Made by a program: the position numbers and the translations under genes. A DNA stretch of 62,948 bases, counting the filler, from Octopus bimaculoides (Eukaryota), in assembly GCF_001194135.2 (NCBI RefSeq). It is 7 parts of 7 records of this genome, joined end to end, with 100 filler letters (N's around TTAATTAATTAA, not from the genome) between each part and the next. Parts side by side here need not be neighbours in the genome. Positions count along the whole stretch, not along the records: positions 58,266 to 62,948 come from NC_069001.1; 6 more parts are not named here. One strand, 5' to 3'. This document shows positions 62,205 to 62,948 of the stretch, piece after piece. The stretch's first letter is position 1. Each line of letters opens with the position of its first letter. Below the pieces are notes generated by a model, which was not told the origin of the DNA, did no database searches, and saw only the letters and a list, made by a program, of their open reading frames with translations.

Positions 62205-62563
62205 TTATGAAATAAAGAAGCTTGCTTTCCAGCCACATGGTTCCAGGTTCAGTCCCATTACGTGGCACCTTGGGCAAATATCTATAGCCTTGGGCAGACC
62301 AAAGCCTTGTGGGTGGATTTGGTAGACAAAAACTGAGAGAAGCCCATCGTATATATGTGTGTGTGTGTCTGCGTTTATCCCCCACCATCGCATGACAACC
62401 GGTGTTGGTGTTTTTACATCTCCGTAACTTAGCGGTTTGGCAAAAGAGACCAATAGAATAAATACTAGGCTTACAAATAATAAGTCCTGGGGTCAATTTG
62501 TTCGACTAAAGGTGGTGCTCCAGCATGGTCGCAGTCAAATGACTAAAACATGTAAAAGAATAA
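62205..62563 (+). mobile_element. SINE family A, full length
   Basis: aagaagcttgctttccagccacatggttcc...ggtcgcagtcaaatgactaaaacatgtaaaagaataa. Confidence 0.92.
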
Positions 62564-62574
62564 TATATATATAA

Positions 62575-62948
62575 CCCAATGACTGGTGTAGCAGCACCAT
62601 AGTAAACTGCTACAAAGGTAAAGGTGACGCTTTAGATACTAATAATTACAGAGGCATCAAGCTGTTAGATCAGGTTATGAAAGTTACGGAGAGGGTCATA
62701 GCCCAACTAATTAGGGAGCAAATCAATTTAGATGAGATGCAGTTTGGGTTCGTGCTAGGTAAAAGCACCACTGATGCCATATTTCTAGTGAGACAGCTGC
62801 AGGAGAAATATCTAGCCAAGGATAAACCTCTGTACCTGGCCTTCGTTGACATGGAGAAAGCCTTTGACAGGGTCCCCCTATCCCTTATCTGGTGGTCAAT
62901 GAGGAAACTTGGGATAGAAGAATGGTTAGTGAGAGCTGTGCGAGTCAT
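62575..62948 (+). mobile_element. RTE-clade LINE reverse transcriptase, uninterrupted frame running off the window end
   Basis: PNDWCSSTIVNCYKGKGDALDTNNYRGIKLLDQVMKVTERVI...EMQFGFVLGKSTTDAIFLVRQLQEKY...LYLAFVDMEKAFDRVP..LIWWSMRKLGIEEWLVR, no stops. Missing from the ORF track because it has no stop inside the window. Confidence 0.95.

Noticed and set aside
92-62563. tRNA genes
   Set aside because: The tRNA-like A/B-box stretches are SINE heads fused to SINE bodies; no complete cloverleaf was found

Overview
AT-rich, microsatellite- and transposon-dense eukaryotic DNA. The SINE and LINE families match those I recall from octopus (coleoid cephalopod) genomes; this is recognition from memory, not a database hit. 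The window is probably not contiguous: six identical 100-bp joins (44 N + TTAATTAATTAA + 44 N) split it into seven segments (1-17160, 17261-28087, 28188-40060, 40161-50086, 50187-56011, 56112-58165, 58266-62948). There is no intact long host ORF, and most ORF-track entries are microsatellite or gap artefacts. Decodable content: about 30 tRNA-derived SINE copies in several modular families (working names A-E); decayed LINEs (R4/Dong-type with restriction-like endonuclease, RTE, CR1-like); Penelope-like remnants with hammerhead-ribozyme motifs; DNA transposons (DD37D-type mariner, a Chapaev/RAG1-like DDE transposase remnant, hAT and piggyBac MITEs); a probable solo LTR; and several tandem arrays. 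Host-gene signal is limited to low-confidence splice-bounded exons (best in the CpG-poor 28.2-40.0 kb segment) and a YY1+ETS promoter-like motif pair at 42.5 kb. The most interesting leads are a (TAA)n-targeted Dong LINE with a possible non-autonomous partner, a near-intact hammerhead, an RTE ORF2 tail with three C2H2 fingers, a candidate 3-nt microexon and a 434-bp Penelope foldback.
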